Positions 56,152 to 57,639 of a stretch of DNA of 57,639 nt are shown here, in pieces. Within the stretch, counting starts at the first letter, position 1. Each line of letters starts with the position of its first letter. This DNA comes from an uncultured Anderseniella sp. (lineage in GTDB: Bacteria > Pseudomonadota > Alphaproteobacteria > Rhizobiales > Aestuariivirgaceae): assembly GCA_938039915.1 (NCBI GenBank), contig CALHUA010000178.1, positions 1 through 57,639 of the forward strand. The letters run 5' to 3'. The notes under the pieces were generated by a model. It searched no databases. It was not told the DNA's origin and saw only the letters and a program-made list of their open reading frames with translations. The position numbers were made by a program, and so were the translations under genes.

Positions 56152-56670
56152 CTACTGTGCTGGTTGAACCTGTTCCGCCAGTTTGGAAAGCCAGCGCTCA
56201 ATACGGACCTTGTTTGCGCCCAGGTCACTTTCACCAAGTTGGGATCGCGAATAGATCGCCAGCGTGGACCGACTGTCCGGGCGATCAAAGAATTGCACCA
56301 CGACCGTATCGGGAAACCCGAGCCATCCGGTGCGCTGTATATAGCGATCTGTCAGCGTGGCCGCGTCGGCGTCTACCGTTTTTACCCGGGGTTCGGAGGC
56401 AATCACTTTCGCAAACGCGTCCCTGAGCTCCCGGGCGGTCACCGGGTATGACATGGCCTCGATATCCGCCGGCGCCTTGCAAACATCCGCAGGGCAGGCA
56501 AGTGCATCATTCGGCGACGCGCGCCGCTCCAACTGCTCAAAGGACACCGGCCCGAGATCCGGCTCGCCGAACAGACGCCAGACGCGCTCAGGTCCCAGCA
56601 GCACAAACGCCAGCACTACGACGGTCGCCAGGAGCATTAAGCCGATGCAGATGGTGGTGAGAATTTTCAT
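56152..56670 (-). CDS. DUF1499-family protein
   Basis: N-terminal TM, SPNDALACP, RT...GFPD and IYSRSQLGESDLGANKVRIERWL. Confidence 0.85.
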   Translation of the reverse strand: MKILTTICIGLMLLATVVVLAFVLLGPERVWRLFGEPDLGPVSFEQLERRASPNDALACPADVCKAPADIEAMSYPVTARELRDAFAKVIASEPRVKTVDADAATLTDRYIQRTGWLGFPDTVVVQFFDRPDSRSTLAIYSRSQLGESDLGANKVRIERWLSKLAEQVQPAQ

Positions 56671-56964
56671 GCTGGATGTTCGAGGTGGCATTGGTGATGG
56701 GTTTGTTCATGAGACGTTGAACTACCACAACCTCCGCGAGACGAAAACGGATGAAAGGCCGAAAACCATCTGCTCATGTTTGACGAAGCACTTTTGCTTC
56801 TTGCGAAACGGTGTTCGGACCTCCAATTTCCAGGATGACTGCTTATGGGAACGTCACTCAAAGGGTGATCGAACGTCTGCTATGGAAAGTGTGCCAAGAC
56901 GGCCCTTGGAAGGCATCCGTCGCCAGCAACCGTGTCGCAGCGCGGCTTCCCCCCATTTAAGGTA

Positions 56965-57020
56965 TTTGCCGTTCTCCTTACGCTCGACATAGTTTGCCGT
57001 TCTCCTTACGCCCGACATGG
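56965..57020. repeat. 28-bp tandem duplication
   Basis: TTTGCCGTTCTCCTTACGCTCGACATAG / TTTGCCGTTCTCCTTACGCCCGACATGG, 26/28 identical. Confidence 0.85.
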
Positions 57021-57063
57021 GTTGAAAGTTTGTTGGCATTTCGCTGCCGGAGTGTCTTAAATA

Positions 57064-57639
57064 ATGGCTTCACATCATTTCCCTGAAAATGGCACCAAGA
57101 GTTTCCTTGACCAACTCAGAGACAATGCCCACGGGCATCAAGTCTTTTTCGAAGGCGAGAACACCAGCCTCGCTTATGGTGACCTCTTCCGCATTATTGA
57201 TGTTGTTTGTACCCTTTTCGAGCAGCGCGGTTTCAGCGCAGGTGATCGTGTCGCCATTGCTTTGGATGATGACCAGCATGCAATCGTAGCTTATGTGGCG
57301 AGCATGTGGTTCGGCCTCGAACTGTCAATGATTGACCCCGGCCTTACCCCGGATGAAAGCCGGAAAATCCTTGAGCTCCTCGAACCCGACCATCTGGTCA
57401 TCGGCCCAGGCTGCTTTACGAGTTGGGCGTTCTTGAATGACGAACCGTATCAACACATAACAAAGGTCATCATTGACAGCAACCAATACGGACGCTTTAC
57501 GCACCAGGCGGGAAAAACTGAGCGGTATCAACCCGCCAACCGATCTTTTGATGATCCTCATTTGATCGTTCTAACCTCAGGAACGACCGGACACCCGAAG
57601 GGCGCTGTGCTTTCGTATAAAGCTATCCTCACGCAAAGC
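57064..57639 (+). CDS. AMP-binding enzyme (acyl-CoA synthetase-like), 5' part; runs off the right edge
   Basis: Manual translation from ATG 57064 is open to the edge: MASHHF...GDRVAIAL...DDPHLIVLTSGTTGHPKGAVLSY (adenylation P-loop). Confidence 0.85.
   Translation, partial: MASHHFPENGTKSFLDQLRDNAHGHQVFFEGENTSLAYGDLFRIIDVVCTLFEQRGFSAGDRVAIALDDDQHAIVAYVASMWFGLELSMIDPGLTPDESRKILELLEPDHLVIGPGCFTSWAFLNDEPYQHITKVIIDSNQYGRFTHQAGKTERYQPANRSFDDPHLIVLTSGTTGHPKGAVLSYKAILTQS

Noticed and set aside
56965-57020. CRISPR array
   Set aside because: Only two adjacent copies, with no spacer and no cas genes.
1-57639. Mobile-element boundaries for the island
   Set aside because: No integrase, transposase, tRNA or flanking direct repeats are seen, and the left end lies outside the window.

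Overview
GC-rich bacterial chromosomal segment. The gene families suggest an alphaproteobacterium, possibly a marine Hyphomicrobiales/Rhodobacterales-type organism (inference). No rRNA, tRNA, CRISPR array or mobile element is visible. There are four blocks. (1) ~1-28.5 kb is a corrinoid (B12)-dependent methyl-transfer island: partial metF, two UroD/MtaA-family methyltransferase + B12-binding protein pairs, two RACo/ASKHA activators, a stand-alone MetH-type activation domain, a CobW GTPase, an AcsE-like methyl-THF:corrinoid methyltransferase, and GntR and LysR regulators. Embedded in it are a Tat-less PhsA/PsrA/ArrA-like molybdoenzyme with its 4Fe-4S subunit and a hemopexin-repeat protein, an arsR-arsD-arsA operon with no efflux pump, a Liv-type ABC importer and a NarI-like cytochrome b. 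The ArsR has only a C-terminal Cys-Cys pair, the pattern described for methylarsenite-selective repressors. My best hypothesis (inference) is an undescribed B12/THF-dependent pathway for uptake, reduction and stepwise demethylation of methylated arsenicals; methyl-sulfur or other methyl-metalloid substrates are alternatives. (2) 28.6-42.1 kb holds an MFS transporter, an MBL hydrolase and a LysR-controlled TRAP/CoA-ligase/Cys-less thiolase-DUF35/acyl-CoA dehydrogenase catabolic cluster. (3) 42.1-51 kb is a minus-strand operon of uncharacterised proteins around an AAA+ ATPase. (4) 51.3-57.6 kb has small, often secreted proteins (GNAT, PilZ, YARHG, triple Kazal, DUF1499) and the 5' part of an AMP-binding enzyme. 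Family assignments come from motif recognition by eye, not from database searches.
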